NCBI GenBank assembly: GCA_048941285.1
Contig: JBHLNS010000001.1
Span: 96,001 to 160,000, forward strand
DNA length: 64,000 nt
From: Promethearchaeota archaeon
GTDB lineage: Archaea > Asgardarchaeota > Lokiarchaeia > Sigyniarchaeales > SOKP01
Direction: 5' to 3'
Under the pieces are notes generated by a model. That model had not been told where the DNA came from. It was given only the letters and a program-made list of their open reading frames with translations, and made no database searches. Below, piece after piece: positions 32,093-43,123 of this stretch. A program made the translations under genes and the position numbers. The stretch's first letter is position 1, and every line of letters starts with the position of its first letter.

Positions 32093-33064
32093 ATGTCTTT
32101 AGAGAATAGACCTTGGGTTGAGAAGTATCGACCAAGAGTACTGGATGAAATTGTAAATCAGAAGGGAATAATACGGCGTTTAAAGCAATTTGTAATAGAT
32201 AAATCAATGCCCCATCTTATTTTTGCAGGACCTGCAGGAACAGGAAAAACAACCTCTGCTTTGGCAATGGTGAGAGAACTATATGGAAGAAAAATGGTTG
32301 TTAATAAAACTTATTTAGAATTAAACGCTAGCGATGCTCGCGGTATTGATGTTATTAGAACTTTTATTAAAGATTTTGCACGAGCGAAACCTCCCGTTGA
32401 TATATCCTTTAAGGTACTAATTCTTGATGAAGCTGATAATATGACGTCTCCTGCTCAACAAGCTTTAAGAAGAACAATGGAGAAGTATACAAAAAATTGT
32501 AGAATGATTTTGATATGCAATTATTCTAATAAAATAATCCCTCCAATTCAATCGAGATGCGTAGTATTTAGGTTTGCCTCTCTAAATAATGAAGACATTA
32601 AACAAAGAGTAAAGTATGTTGCAGAACAAGAAAACATCACTTTTGCTTCTGGGGGTTTAAACGCAATCGTGGAAGTATCTCGAGGTGATTGTCGAAGAGC
32701 AATTAATTATTTACAATCCTGTGGAACAATTTCTAAAAAGATTGATCAAGAGATTGTATTTCGTGTTGCTGGAGAAGTTCCTCCTGAAAAAATAAAAGAG
32801 ATTTTAAATACTGCGCTAGAAGGTCAATTACAGTTATCAATAAAACTTTTGAATGATTTAATCAATGAATATGGGCTCTCTGGGCAAAATATAATAAAAA
32901 ATATATATAGAGAAATTTATGATTTGAGCATTCAAGAACATACAAAAATTGAATTATTAAAATTATTAGCTGAATTTGAATATCGATTAAGTCAAGGCGG
33001 AACTGAAGAAATTCAACTTCAGGCATTGTTAGCTAAAATAGTCTTGTTGCAAAGCTCTAAATAA
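32093..33064 (+). CDS. rfcS: Replication factor C small subunit
   Basis: PWVEKYRP, GPAGTGKTT, ELNASDARGID, LDEAD, IQSRC. Confidence 0.96.
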   Translation: MSLENRPWVEKYRPRVLDEIVNQKGIIRRLKQFVIDKSMPHLIFAGPAGTGKTTSALAMVRELYGRKMVVNKTYLELNASDARGIDVIRTFIKDFARAKPPVDISFKVLILDEADNMTSPAQQALRRTMEKYTKNCRMILICNYSNKIIPPIQSRCVVFRFASLNNEDIKQRVKYVAEQENITFASGGLNAIVEVSRGDCRRAINYLQSCGTISKKIDQEIVFRVAGEVPPEKIKEILNTALEGQLQLSIKLLNDLINEYGLSGQNIIKNIYREIYDLSIQEHTKIELLKLLAEFEYRLSQGGTEEIQLQALLAKIVLLQSSK

Positions 33065-33874
33065 GTGATATTTAAGATTATAATCTAATTTTTTTGTAAT
33101 GAAAAGACTATTCATTCTTTCTTCTGATTTAGGGTCATAAATAAAACTTACATTTTCATTGAATTTTATATCCCAGAGAATTAGGCCTTTAGGATCTGCT
33201 GGTTGATAAGAAATTTCCTTTGAAGTATCAAACAATGCCAAGAAGTCCTCATACCTTAACTTGCCTATTCCTAATTCTAAAACTTTTTTAACCATTCTTC
33301 TGACTTGCTGTCTTAAAAATGATCTACTCTTAAATTGAAAAAATAAATAATCCTCCTGTATCGACAAATGTACTGAATCTAGATCTCGTACGGTATTTAT
33401 TTCATCGGTTCCTTTTTTGGAAAAATTAGAGAAGTCATGGCGGCCTTCTAATTCTCTACAAGCTTTCTTCATTAATTTTATATTTATTCCAGAAATCTTC
33501 TTAAAATAAGAGATCGGTAGAGGTACTATATAAACATAATGGCGTAAAACTGCATCATATCTAGCAGAAAAATCTATTGGTACTTCTGAATAAGCCCAAA
33601 CACCAATTTCTGTTGGCAATGCACTATTAATTTCCATTAGAATTGGTTCTTTTTCTGTGATACACATAAAGCAAGCTCCTCGAGCAGACACATACCTATC
33701 CGTTCTACTTGCGAATTCGAAATTTGAATTCTCAATCTCATGAATGTACCCTCGCTTTTTTAAAGCATTTATTACTCCTTGTTCGATTGTTAAAAAGTAA
33801 GGTTGTCTTTGAGATCCATAATATTTATCTCTTCCAATATAATAGATTTTAAAAATAAATTTGGAGTGCGTCAT
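33029..33874 (-). CDS. truA: tRNA pseudouridine(38-40) synthase TruA
   Basis: GSQRQP, SRTDRYVSA, FSARY, GRHDFSNF, FLRQQVRRMV. Confidence 0.9.
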   Translation of the reverse strand: MTHSKFIFKIYYIGRDKYYGSQRQPYFLTIEQGVINALKKRGYIHEIENSNFEFASRTDRYVSARGACFMCITEKEPILMEINSALPTEIGVWAYSEVPIDFSARYDAVLRHYVYIVPLPISYFKKISGINIKLMKKACRELEGRHDFSNFSKKGTDEINTVRDLDSVHLSIQEDYLFFQFKSRSFLRQQVRRMVKKVLELGIGKLRYEDFLALFDTSKEISYQPADPKGLILWDIKFNENVSFIYDPKSEERMNSLFITKKLDYNLKYHLFRALQQDYFS

Positions 33875-34051
33875 ATCTAATCATATATTTTTTTTCCTAG
33901 TTAAATCCAAATTTAATGATCTATTTTTATATTATTTATGAATTTTACAAAGTGTTGGATTAAAGAAAAACATTTTAATCTTAAGCATTTTTTTTATATT
34001 CAAAATTTAATTATGGTTAATAATTAGTTATATTCTGTTCTATGGTAAATT

Positions 34052-37000
34052 ATGGTTAAAATTGCTGCTTCACTGAGGAATTTCCGTGATCGTATCAAAA
34101 CCTCAGTATCATTAAAAACGCGTAATGTATTGTTCTTTTTGGCAATATTTTTGATCGTAGTTTTAGCCATCGTTATTAGATTAAGTCCCCTTATAAGAGA
34201 TATAACTTTAATTAAAGCATTTGACCCTTGGATCCAGTGGTATAATGCGGAGTATTTAGATTCTCATACATTATATGAATATTTTTCTTGGCGAGATTAT
34301 AAAAGCTGGTATCCCGAAGGGTTTTTTAGAGGTGGTTTGCGACCTGGTTTGACATTTACTGTGGTCATCTTTCATAAGATTTTAAACTTTTTTGGATTTC
34401 CAATATCGTTGTATGATGTGTGTTTCTACTTCCCCGCGTTTATGGGAGGGTTGACTGTATTAGTAATATATTTCTTAGGTAAAGAAGTGCTTAATCGAGC
34501 AACTGGCTTATTTGCAGCATTTTTCCTAGCTTTTAATCCAGGATACTTACAAAGGACTACAGCAGGATTTTTTGATAATGAGACAATTGGAGTATTTGCA
34601 ACCCTAATGATATTTTTATTCTTTCTGAAAGCTTTACGAACAGGTAAATTTTTGCATGCCGTTATTGGTGGTGTCTTTTTAGGTTATTTGTCCCTTAGTT
34701 GGGGGGGATATCAGTTTGTATATCTAGTAATTCCTTTAATTAGTATCATCTTAATTTTTTCAAATAAATATAGTGAAAATGTCTTAATGTCGTATGCCGG
34801 AGTTCAAGGAACTGGTTTACTGATTTTTTCACTCTACTCAAAATTTAATCCTGCCAATTTATTCTCAAATTTGGACGTTGGAGGTATTTTCTTATTTACG
34901 ATTATTTTAATATTTTTTCATATTATACATACCAAAAAGAATGAGCATCCCAAATTTTATGATCGCTTAGTTAATACAATAAAATGGGGTGCGATACCTG
35001 TTATTCTTGTTATTGCAGTAATAATATGGGTAGCTCCTGATATTTTACCTTTTGGATTTGGTTCACGATTTTGGACAATTCTTAATCCTCTTTTACGAGA
35101 AGACGTAAGCTTAGTTGCTTCAGTAGCAGAACAAATGCCAAGTACTTGGAGTGTATTTTATTATAACACATTAATTCCATTGGTTCTTGTCCCATTAGGT
35201 ATATATTTCTGCTTTAAAAGGTTAAATCATGCAGATATTTTTGTTATCATATTTATTATTTTAATGTATTATTTCACGGGTAGTATGATTCGGATAATTT
35301 TAATATTTGCTCCAGCTGCTGCATTGGCGGGAGCCTATGGTTTAGCAAGTGTGCTGAACATTTTTGGCAGTTTCATTGGAGAAAGAAAAGTAGGTGTTAG
35401 TAGAAAAAGGAGAAAACAATTAAAAGGAACTTTGGGGAGTTCTGAAGTACTAGTAGTTTATCTCCTTGTAGGAATTTTATTGTATGCTCAAGTTGCTCAT
35501 ACTACTGATATTGCTGTTAGACAAATGTCATATGCTCAAATTGTCCCTGGAGGATATTTTCACGATTGGGAAGAATCTTTAACGTGGATGAAAACTAATT
35601 TAAAAGGGACAGATGTAGTAGTTTCTTGGTGGGATTATGGTTATTGGCTTACTCCAATAGGAAATGTGACCACTGTAAATGATAATGCTACAAAAAACTC
35701 GACTAGAATCGGCTTAACAGGAATGTCGTTTATGCAAACAAATGAACTTTATAGCGCTAAAGCATTAAGGCGATTGGGAGCGGATTATGTCTTAGTATAT
35801 TGGGGTTTTTTACTATCAGGATTAGGTGGTGATGAGGGTAAATGGACTTGGATGGTAGAAATATGTAATGATAATTACAATAAGTATAAAAGATTAGGGT
35901 GGGAAGAAGATAATTGGGCTGATAACGATGTGTTTGATATGGAGAATTACGTAAATACAAGTACAGGACTTATGGAGGATGATTGGTTTGATAGTCAACT
36001 TGCTAAACTTTTGTTTTTCCTAGAACCTACTACCGCAGCGGCTGCTCAAGGAAATGAAATTCAAGAACACTATGTCGACCAAATAACTCGTCGACGCGAT
36101 GATGATGGTGATCCATGGATATCTCATATCCCTGATAATGGTTATTATGATTCTATGGTTTTTATTCCAAAATATTTTTCACGATCCCATCTAGTGAAGT
36201 TATATCAAGTTGATTATACAATATTAGATTCCAGTTTTGTTATTAAAAATCCAAGAGTTACTGATAGTGGATATGCTACATTTAAAATAAAGAATACCGG
36301 GACAAAAAAATTGTTCATAAGAGACGTACAAATTAATGGTTCGAATTTTGATTTTTTCATGGCAAATAAAAATATACAAAAAGGTTCTGAAGGGTTAGTG
36401 TGGGTTAACACCACAGATGCTAATTTCCGAATAGACGATGTAGTTAACGTAGAAGTAAGCGCTCAATCAGAAGCATTATCCAACAGACAATATATTTTTT
36501 CCAACCATACTAGTAATTTCTTTGTGAGAGAAGCACAAGCAGGAGAGATAAAGATTAACAAGCAAAATAGTATAGTCATTCAAAACGGGCTTTCTACTGT
36601 TGATTTATACCTTGAAGTAGAAAATACAGGGGATTCAATAGTTGTTTTAGATAGGTTTTATGCCAATAGTGATGTTGTGCAAAATAGGATTGACCCAGAA
36701 ATAATCACTTATTTAAGTGGCTCATCGGTTCTTGAACCCTCAGATAAAGCGTATGTTCTGATAGAGAATGCGAATATCGACTTCTTCCCTATCAAAGAAT
36801 ATAATAAAATCGGTGTAGCGACCCCTAATAACATTTATGACGAATTATTATTCACTTCGAATATTGAAAATTATTCACTTTCAATATTAAGTGAAGATCG
36901 AATTGCCTCTTCAGAAGAACTAGCAATTCTTAATTCAAATTATAGAAAACATATACCAATTGATTTTGATAAATCTTTTGTATATACATATGATAATGGA

Positions 37001-37936
37001 AGTGTAATTTTCAATATATACATAAAAAATACTGGGGATGTCATATTTGGCTTAGATTCAATTTATCTAAAAGAGTCTTTAATAGAAGTTGATAGTGATG
37101 ATTACTATACAAAAAGTGGGTATCTTAATTTGAATAGCAATAAAGAAGACATAATTATTATAGAAATTGACACAAATGATCCAGCTGATAAAAAATATAA
37201 ACTTAGTGGAGAAATTAATGAGGAAATTTTGATATGTATTACTGGAGGTTTTGGAGAGTTAGGAACAGTAGCTTCGGATATTGGATACATACATACTATT
37301 AAGGATGCAGCAAATATTAAAATAATAAAAGAAGTTCAGGGTATTAAGTCATCAATTATTTATGCAAATGAAACGGGAAAAGTTTTAATTAAAAATACAG
37401 GAGATGAACCGATAACTCTCGATGAAATCTATGTGAATAATACTTTAGTAAGTAATATGGAATATACTTACGGTGATTCTTCATTAGCGATGCAAGAATG
37501 CGCAATTATAACATTTGACATTCCCGGGTTAACAATTAATAAGTCAGATGAATGTTTAGTAAGAGTAACTACAACCTCTATGGTAGAAACAATCGAAACA
37601 TTTAATGCATTTGTAGATTCAGCCTATTATGATATCAATATTAATGATGCTGGAACATCGGCATTTGATTCAGGAAGTTTGACAATTTTAGTGAAAAATG
37701 ATGGAGTGTTTAATGTTACACTTGATTCCGTTTATATTAATAATACATACTTTTCTATAAACGCGTTCTCCTCTGACAATGGTTATGAAATTACTGGTGG
37801 TGATTCCGTAGAATTAACAATCAGTATAGCCATAATCGAATCCAAATTTGGAAGTATTAATGTTGATGATATTTTGGAAATTTTGGTCCGCACTCTTGAG
37901 GGTGCTGAAGATATTCACGAAGAAACTGTGAAATAA
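34052..37936 (+). CDS. aglB: Oligosaccharyltransferase AglB/STT3 with long C-terminal beta-rich extension
   Basis: AFDPW, GFFDNE, SVAEQ, SWWDYGYW, DEGK..WM; many TM segments. Confidence 0.93.
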   Translation: MVKIAASLRNFRDRIKTSVSLKTRNVLFFLAIFLIVVLAIVIRLSPLIRDITLIKAFDPWIQWYNAEYLDSHTLYEYFSWRDYKSWYPEGFFRGGLRPGLTFTVVIFHKILNFFGFPISLYDVCFYFPAFMGGLTVLVIYFLGKEVLNRATGLFAAFFLAFNPGYLQRTTAGFFDNETIGVFATLMIFLFFLKALRTGKFLHAVIGGVFLGYLSLSWGGYQFVYLVIPLISIILIFSNKYSENVLMSYAGVQGTGLLIFSLYSKFNPANLFSNLDVGGIFLFTIILIFFHIIHTKKNEHPKFYDRLVNTIKWGAIPVILVIAVIIWVAPDILPFGFGSRFWTILNPLLREDVSLVASVAEQMPSTWSVFYYNTLIPLVLVPLGIYFCFKRLNHADIFVIIFIILMYYFTGSMIRIILIFAPAAALAGAYGLASVLNIFGSFIGERKVGVSRKRRKQLKGTLGSSEVLVVYLLVGILLYAQVAHTTDIAVRQMSYAQIVPGGYFHDWEESLTWMKTNLKGTDVVVSWWDYGYWLTPIGNVTTVNDNATKNSTRIGLTGMSFMQTNELYSAKALRRLGADYVLVYWGFLLSGLGGDEGKWTWMVEICNDNYNKYKRLGWEEDNWADNDVFDMENYVNTSTGLMEDDWFDSQLAKLLFFLEPTTAAAAQGNEIQEHYVDQITRRRDDDGDPWISHIPDNGYYDSMVFIPKYFSRSHLVKLYQVDYTILDSSFVIKNPRVTDSGYATFKIKNTGTKKLFIRDVQINGSNFDFFMANKNIQKGSEGLVWVNTTDANFRIDDVVNVEVSAQSEALSNRQYIFSNHTSNFFVREAQAGEIKINKQNSIVIQNGLSTVDLYLEVENTGDSIVVLDRFYANSDVVQNRIDPEIITYLSGSSVLEPSDKAYVLIENANIDFFPIKEYNKIGVATPNNIYDELLFTSNIENYSLSILSEDRIASSEELAILNSNYRKHIPIDFDKSFVYTYDNGSVIFNIYIKNTGDVIFGLDSIYLKESLIEVDSDDYYTKSGYLNLNSNKEDIIIIEIDTNDPADKKYKLSGEINEEILICITGGFGELGTVASDIGYIHTIKDAANIKIIKEVQGIKSSIIYANETGKVLIKNTGDEPITLDEIYVNNTLVSNMEYTYGDSSLAMQECAIITFDIPGLTINKSDECLVRVTTTSMVETIETFNAFVDSAYYDININDAGTSAFDSGSLTILVKNDGVFNVTLDSVYINNTYFSINAFSSDNGYEITGGDSVELTISIAIIESKFGSINVDDILEILVRTLEGAEDIHEETVK

Positions 37937-38082
37937 ACAATAATTAATACCATTATTTTTTTCTTATCTATTTTTCGTAAAAATCATAAGATAATGGTTC
38001 ATTAGAATATCTATAGACTTATCTTATATATAATGATCTAATTTTATTTATAATTTATATAAAAATAACTTATTTAAGATAA

Positions 38083-40089
38083 ATGAGCGTCGGTTTTAAA
38101 TTACAAACGAGTTTTAAACCTTCCGGGGATCAACCTTCAGCGATCTCCACACTTGCTAATAATATAAAAAATGAAAAACGATTTCAAACTTTGTTAGGAG
38201 CAACTGGAACAGGTAAGACTTTTTCAATTGCAAATATTATTCAAGAAATTCAAAAACCGACTTTAATTATGGCTCCTAATAAAACATTAGCAGCTCAATT
38301 ATATAATGAACTAAAAGAGTTATTTCCTGATAATGCCGTTCATTATTTTGTGTCATATTATGATTATTACCAACCAGAGGCATATATGCCAATTACTGGA
38401 TTGTATATAGAAAAAGATTTTAGCGTTAATGAAGAAATTGAACGATTACGATTAGCAGCTGCTCATGCTGTGAGGACTCGCAGAGATGTTATCGTTGTTG
38501 CAACTGTATCATGTATTTATGGCCTAGGTAATCCAGATCTCTGGGAAAAAATTGCCCTTTATTTAGAAGTGGGTATTAAAATTACAAGATCTGAAATTTT
38601 GAAAAAACTCGTTAAAATGAATTATGAACGCAATGAGTTTGAATTTAAACCTGGAAATGTACGAGTAAAAGGAGATATTATCGATATTTACCCGGCTTAT
38701 TTAAATAATGGTGTAAGAGTTTCCTTATTTGGAGATGAAGTCGAATCTATAACAGAAATTAACCCAATATCCAATAATCCTATAAATAAAGTCCCAAATT
38801 ATCGAATTTTCCCGGCTACACATTTTATTATACCGGATGAAAACAAAATTAGAGCTTTAGAGCTTATAGAGGAGGAATTGGAAGAACGGATAAAATTTTT
38901 TAAAAATAAAAAAAGGTACGCTGAAGCAGAATGGATAGAGAGAAGAGTTAAATTTGATTTGGAAATGATGAAAGAGATGGGGTGGTGTAAAGGTATAGAA
39001 AATTATTCTAGACCATTGGATGGTAGGCCACCAGGGACACCACCTATGACTTTAGTAGATTATTTTCCAGAGGATTATTTAATAGTGGTTGATGAATCTC
39101 ATATAACTATACCACAAATCCATGGGATGATAGGTGGCGATCGTTCTCGTAAGAAAAATCTTATAGATTATGGATGGCGTTTACCTAGTGCCTATGATAA
39201 TAGGCCTCTTACATTTGAAGAATGGGAAAGTAAAATTAAATATATAATATTTATGAGTGCTACTCCGGGAGACTATGAAATAAAAAAAAGTGAGGGAATT
39301 TCAGCTGAACAAATAATTCGGCCAACAGGTTTAGTAGATCCTATGGTCGAAATCAGACCTGCTAAGAACCAAATTGACGATTTGTTAGGTGAAATTAGAA
39401 AAGTTATTGAAAAAAATGGTAGAACGCTTATAACAACTCTAACTAAAAGAATGTCTGAAGATATTGCAGAGTATTATAATGAATTAGGATTGAAAATAAC
39501 ATATTTACATTCGGAAGTTGATACCGTAGAGCGGTTTGAAATTTTACGTCAGCTAAGAGATGGAACATATGATGTTTTAGTGGGAATTAATCTCTTACGA
39601 GAAGGATTAGATCTGCCTGAAGTTCAACTAGTAGCAATTTTAGACGCAGATAAACTTGGATTTTTAAGAGATAATCGTTCACTAATTCAAACAATTGGTA
39701 GAGCATCTAGAAATGTAGATGGAAAAGCAATTTTGTATGCAGATAAGATTTCACCATCAATGAAAGCTGCAATAGATGAAACAAATAGAAGAAGAGATAA
39801 GCAAATTAAATATAACGAAGAAAATGACATTACTCCTCAAACGATTAAAAAAAATATATTACAATCTCTTTCAGAGGAGCAAGAATTTAAAGATAAGGAA
39901 ATTAAAAAATTAAAGCAAGTTGTTAAAGATAAGATAAAACAATTAGAAAGAGAGGGAGATTTTGATATAGTTATTCAATTTTTAGAAAACAAAATGTTCA
40001 TGGCAGCGAAAGAACTTAGATTTGAAGATGCTGCTTATTTAAGGGACAAAATAAAAGAAATAAAGGAAACTAACAAAATAAAAGCGTGA
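38083..40089 (+). CDS. uvrB: Excinuclease ABC subunit B
   Basis: GATGTGKT, YYDYYQPEAY, DESH, GINLLREGLD, QTIGRASRN, UVR domain. Confidence 0.97.
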   Translation: MSVGFKLQTSFKPSGDQPSAISTLANNIKNEKRFQTLLGATGTGKTFSIANIIQEIQKPTLIMAPNKTLAAQLYNELKELFPDNAVHYFVSYYDYYQPEAYMPITGLYIEKDFSVNEEIERLRLAAAHAVRTRRDVIVVATVSCIYGLGNPDLWEKIALYLEVGIKITRSEILKKLVKMNYERNEFEFKPGNVRVKGDIIDIYPAYLNNGVRVSLFGDEVESITEINPISNNPINKVPNYRIFPATHFIIPDENKIRALELIEEELEERIKFFKNKKRYAEAEWIERRVKFDLEMMKEMGWCKGIENYSRPLDGRPPGTPPMTLVDYFPEDYLIVVDESHITIPQIHGMIGGDRSRKKNLIDYGWRLPSAYDNRPLTFEEWESKIKYIIFMSATPGDYEIKKSEGISAEQIIRPTGLVDPMVEIRPAKNQIDDLLGEIRKVIEKNGRTLITTLTKRMSEDIAEYYNELGLKITYLHSEVDTVERFEILRQLRDGTYDVLVGINLLREGLDLPEVQLVAILDADKLGFLRDNRSLIQTIGRASRNVDGKAILYADKISPSMKAAIDETNRRRDKQIKYNEENDITPQTIKKNILQSLSEEQEFKDKEIKKLKQVVKDKIKQLEREGDFDIVIQFLENKMFMAAKELRFEDAAYLRDKIKEIKETNKIKA

Positions 40090-40130
40090 AATTTTTCTGA
40101 TATCTTTAATTTAAAAATGTAGAATATAGA

Positions 40131-43004
40131 ATGACGGAAAACTCAATAATAATAAAAGGAGCAAGGCAGAACAATTTAAAAAATATTGACGTTATAATCC
40201 CACGAAATAAATTAGTTGTTATCACAGGGATTAGTGGAAGCGGAAAAAGCAGTTTGGCAATGGATACTCTATATGCTGAAGGTCAACGAAGATTTCTTGA
40301 ATCCCTCTCAAGTTATGCTAGACAATTTCTAGGTGAAATGGATAAACCTGATGTTGATTCAATAGAAGGATTATCCCCTGCGATTGCAATTGAGCAAAAG
40401 CCACTCTCAAAAAATCCAAGAAGTACAGTTGGTACTGTAACCGAAATATATGATTATTATCGACTACTATTTGCTAATGTTGGTACCCCACATTGCCCAA
40501 ATTGTGGAAAAGAGATAAAACCTCAAACACCTCAACAAATAATTCAACAAATATTAAATTCTGTAGATGATGACCAAAAATTTTTAATTAAAGCTCCAAT
40601 CATAAGAGGGAGAAAGGGAGAATATAAAGAACTTTTACAGGATTTAAAGAAACAAGGATATCTAAGAGTAGAAGTTGATGGAATTCAATATACACTAGAT
40701 GAAGACATTTCAATGGAGAAAAACATCAAACATAATATAAACGTAATAATTGATAGGTTAGTTATGCGAAATGATATTAAGACAAGACTCGCAGATTCAA
40801 TTGAAACAGCATTAGAACTAACAGATGGTTTAGTCACTATTGAAATTGTTGACAAAGGGGAACAGATTTATTCTGAACATCTCGCTTGTATTGATTGCGG
40901 GATATCATTTCCACCAATAGATCACAAAATGTTTTCATTTAACATTCCTCATGGAAGTTGTAAATATTGTAGTGGTTTAGGCAATGTCATGGAATTTGAT
41001 TATGCTTTACTATTAGGAAATGATTTAGAGAATACTTTAGAAGAAACTCCCATTAGAGATATCCCAGGATTTGGATCTGAGAATGGTTATTCATGGCAAA
41101 CAATAGTTCAGGTTGCTAAACATTATGGATTTGACACTAATATCACCCCAATTAAAGATATTGATCCTAAGAAGCTTCACAAAATACTATTTGGATCAGA
41201 AGATGAAGCAATAAATTTTCATTTTGAAAATGATAATAATGAATATAGAAATCATAACGGCGAATATAAATCTTCTTGGCAAGTTACACGACCTTTTGAG
41301 GGAATAATTTCAATTCTTCATAGGAGATATATGGAAACGCGTTCAGAATGGGCTCGGGATGTTTATGAGGGTTTTATGAATAGAATAGATTGCCCACAGT
41401 GTAAAGGTCAAAGATTGAAACCAGAAAGTTTAGCAGTAACAGTTAATAGTCTTAATATTGCTGAATTATCTGCCTTATCAGTAAAGGATTCCTTAAAATT
41501 CTTTAAAGATTTAAAATTAAGTGAAATTGAAAAGAAAATTGTTAAAGAAGTATTAAAAGAGATTTTTGATAGACTATCTTTCCTCGAAAACGTAGGTTTA
41601 GATTATATTTCATTAAACCGAAGATCAGATACTTTATCTGTTGGAGAAGCTGAAAGAATTCGATTAGCGACTCAATTAGGTTCTAGCTTAGTAGGTGTTT
41701 TATACGTTTTAGATGAGCCTAGTATAGGACTTCATCAAAGAGATATTAATCGCCTTATCAATATGCTAAAAAAATTAAGAGACTTGGGAAATACTGTTAT
41801 TGTGGTGGAACATGATGAGGCGATTATGCGGAATGCCGATCACATTATTGATTTAGGTCCTTTAGCGGGTGAAAAAGGAGGGGAAATAGTCGCTCAAGGG
41901 GCTATAGAAATTATAACCAATTCAAAAACTTTAACTGGAGAATACTTATCAGGAAAAAGAAAAATTCTAATCCCAAAAAAAAGACGAAGTTTGGGCAAGG
42001 AATATATTGAAATAACAGGAGCGAAAGAAAACAATTTAAAAGATATTGACGTTAAAATTCCCCTAGGTTTATTCACATGTATAACAGGAGTTTCAGGGGC
42101 GGGAAAAACTAGTTTGATTATAGATTGTTTATATAATGGGCTTCATAACTTAATAAATACTCGTAGTTCAAAAGTCAGTGAGGGTAATTTTGATAAAATA
42201 ATTGGATATGAAAATATTGATAAAATTATAAATATTGACCAATCCCCAATAGGAAGAACTCCAAGATCAGTCCCTGCTACTTATACAAAAGCATTAGATT
42301 ATATTAGAGAAATATTTGCTGGATTACCAGAATCAAGGGAAAGGGGCTATCAGAAAGGTCGATTTAGTTTTAACACAAAATCTGGGCATTGCAAAAAATG
42401 TAAAGGTACAGGTTATATTCTAAAAGAAATGTATTTTTTACCAGATGTCTACATAAAGTGTGATTTATGTAAAGGAAAAAGATATAATGCTGAAACATTA
42501 GACATTAAGTATCATGAGAAATCGATATATGATGTATTGAAAATGACTTTCCATCAAGCATTAGAATTTTTTGAAAATATTCCAAATTTAAAAAGAACAA
42601 TTAAAACAGTAGTAGATGTTGGATTGGGTTATTTAGAATTGGGACAATCTTCTACTACTCTCAGTGGTGGAGAATCACAACGTCTAAAAATTGCTAGAGA
42701 ATTGAGAAAAACTAGCACAGGAAACACACTTTATATACTAGACGAGCCTACAACGGGTCTTAGCTCTTTTGATATTAACTATCTCCTGAAAGTCCTTCAA
42801 AAATTAGTAGATAAAGGTAATACAGTAATTATAATTGAACATAATATGGATATTATAAAATCAGTAGATTACATTATTGATCTTGGTCCTGAAGGGGGAG
42901 AAAAAGGAGGTGATATTGTGGCAATAGGAACTCCAGAAGAAATTATTAAAATTGATAGTTCTTTTACTGCTCAATATTTAAAAACATATCTCAATAGCAA
43001 TTGA
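40131..43004 (+). CDS. uvrA: Excinuclease ABC subunit A
   Basis: GISGSGKSS, two ABC modules, LDEPSIGLH, LSGGE, Zn fingers. Confidence 0.97.
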   Translation: MTENSIIIKGARQNNLKNIDVIIPRNKLVVITGISGSGKSSLAMDTLYAEGQRRFLESLSSYARQFLGEMDKPDVDSIEGLSPAIAIEQKPLSKNPRSTVGTVTEIYDYYRLLFANVGTPHCPNCGKEIKPQTPQQIIQQILNSVDDDQKFLIKAPIIRGRKGEYKELLQDLKKQGYLRVEVDGIQYTLDEDISMEKNIKHNINVIIDRLVMRNDIKTRLADSIETALELTDGLVTIEIVDKGEQIYSEHLACIDCGISFPPIDHKMFSFNIPHGSCKYCSGLGNVMEFDYALLLGNDLENTLEETPIRDIPGFGSENGYSWQTIVQVAKHYGFDTNITPIKDIDPKKLHKILFGSEDEAINFHFENDNNEYRNHNGEYKSSWQVTRPFEGIISILHRRYMETRSEWARDVYEGFMNRIDCPQCKGQRLKPESLAVTVNSLNIAELSALSVKDSLKFFKDLKLSEIEKKIVKEVLKEIFDRLSFLENVGLDYISLNRRSDTLSVGEAERIRLATQLGSSLVGVLYVLDEPSIGLHQRDINRLINMLKKLRDLGNTVIVVEHDEAIMRNADHIIDLGPLAGEKGGEIVAQGAIEIITNSKTLTGEYLSGKRKILIPKKRRSLGKEYIEITGAKENNLKDIDVKIPLGLFTCITGVSGAGKTSLIIDCLYNGLHNLINTRSSKVSEGNFDKIIGYENIDKIINIDQSPIGRTPRSVPATYTKALDYIREIFAGLPESRERGYQKGRFSFNTKSGHCKKCKGTGYILKEMYFLPDVYIKCDLCKGKRYNAETLDIKYHEKSIYDVLKMTFHQALEFFENIPNLKRTIKTVVDVGLGYLELGQSSTTLSGGESQRLKIARELRKTSTGNTLYILDEPTTGLSSFDINYLLKVLQKLVDKGNTVIIIEHNMDIIKSVDYIIDLGPEGGEKGGDIVAIGTPEEIIKIDSSFTAQYLKTYLNSN

Positions 43005-43123
43005 TCGTATTTTTTTCCATTATAACTTCTCAGGTTTTAAAATAAAATTCTAAACTTATAGAATATATTAATATATTATAATAAGATTTTTTTAAAAACA
43101 TAAAATGAGATTCGTGCTACGAA

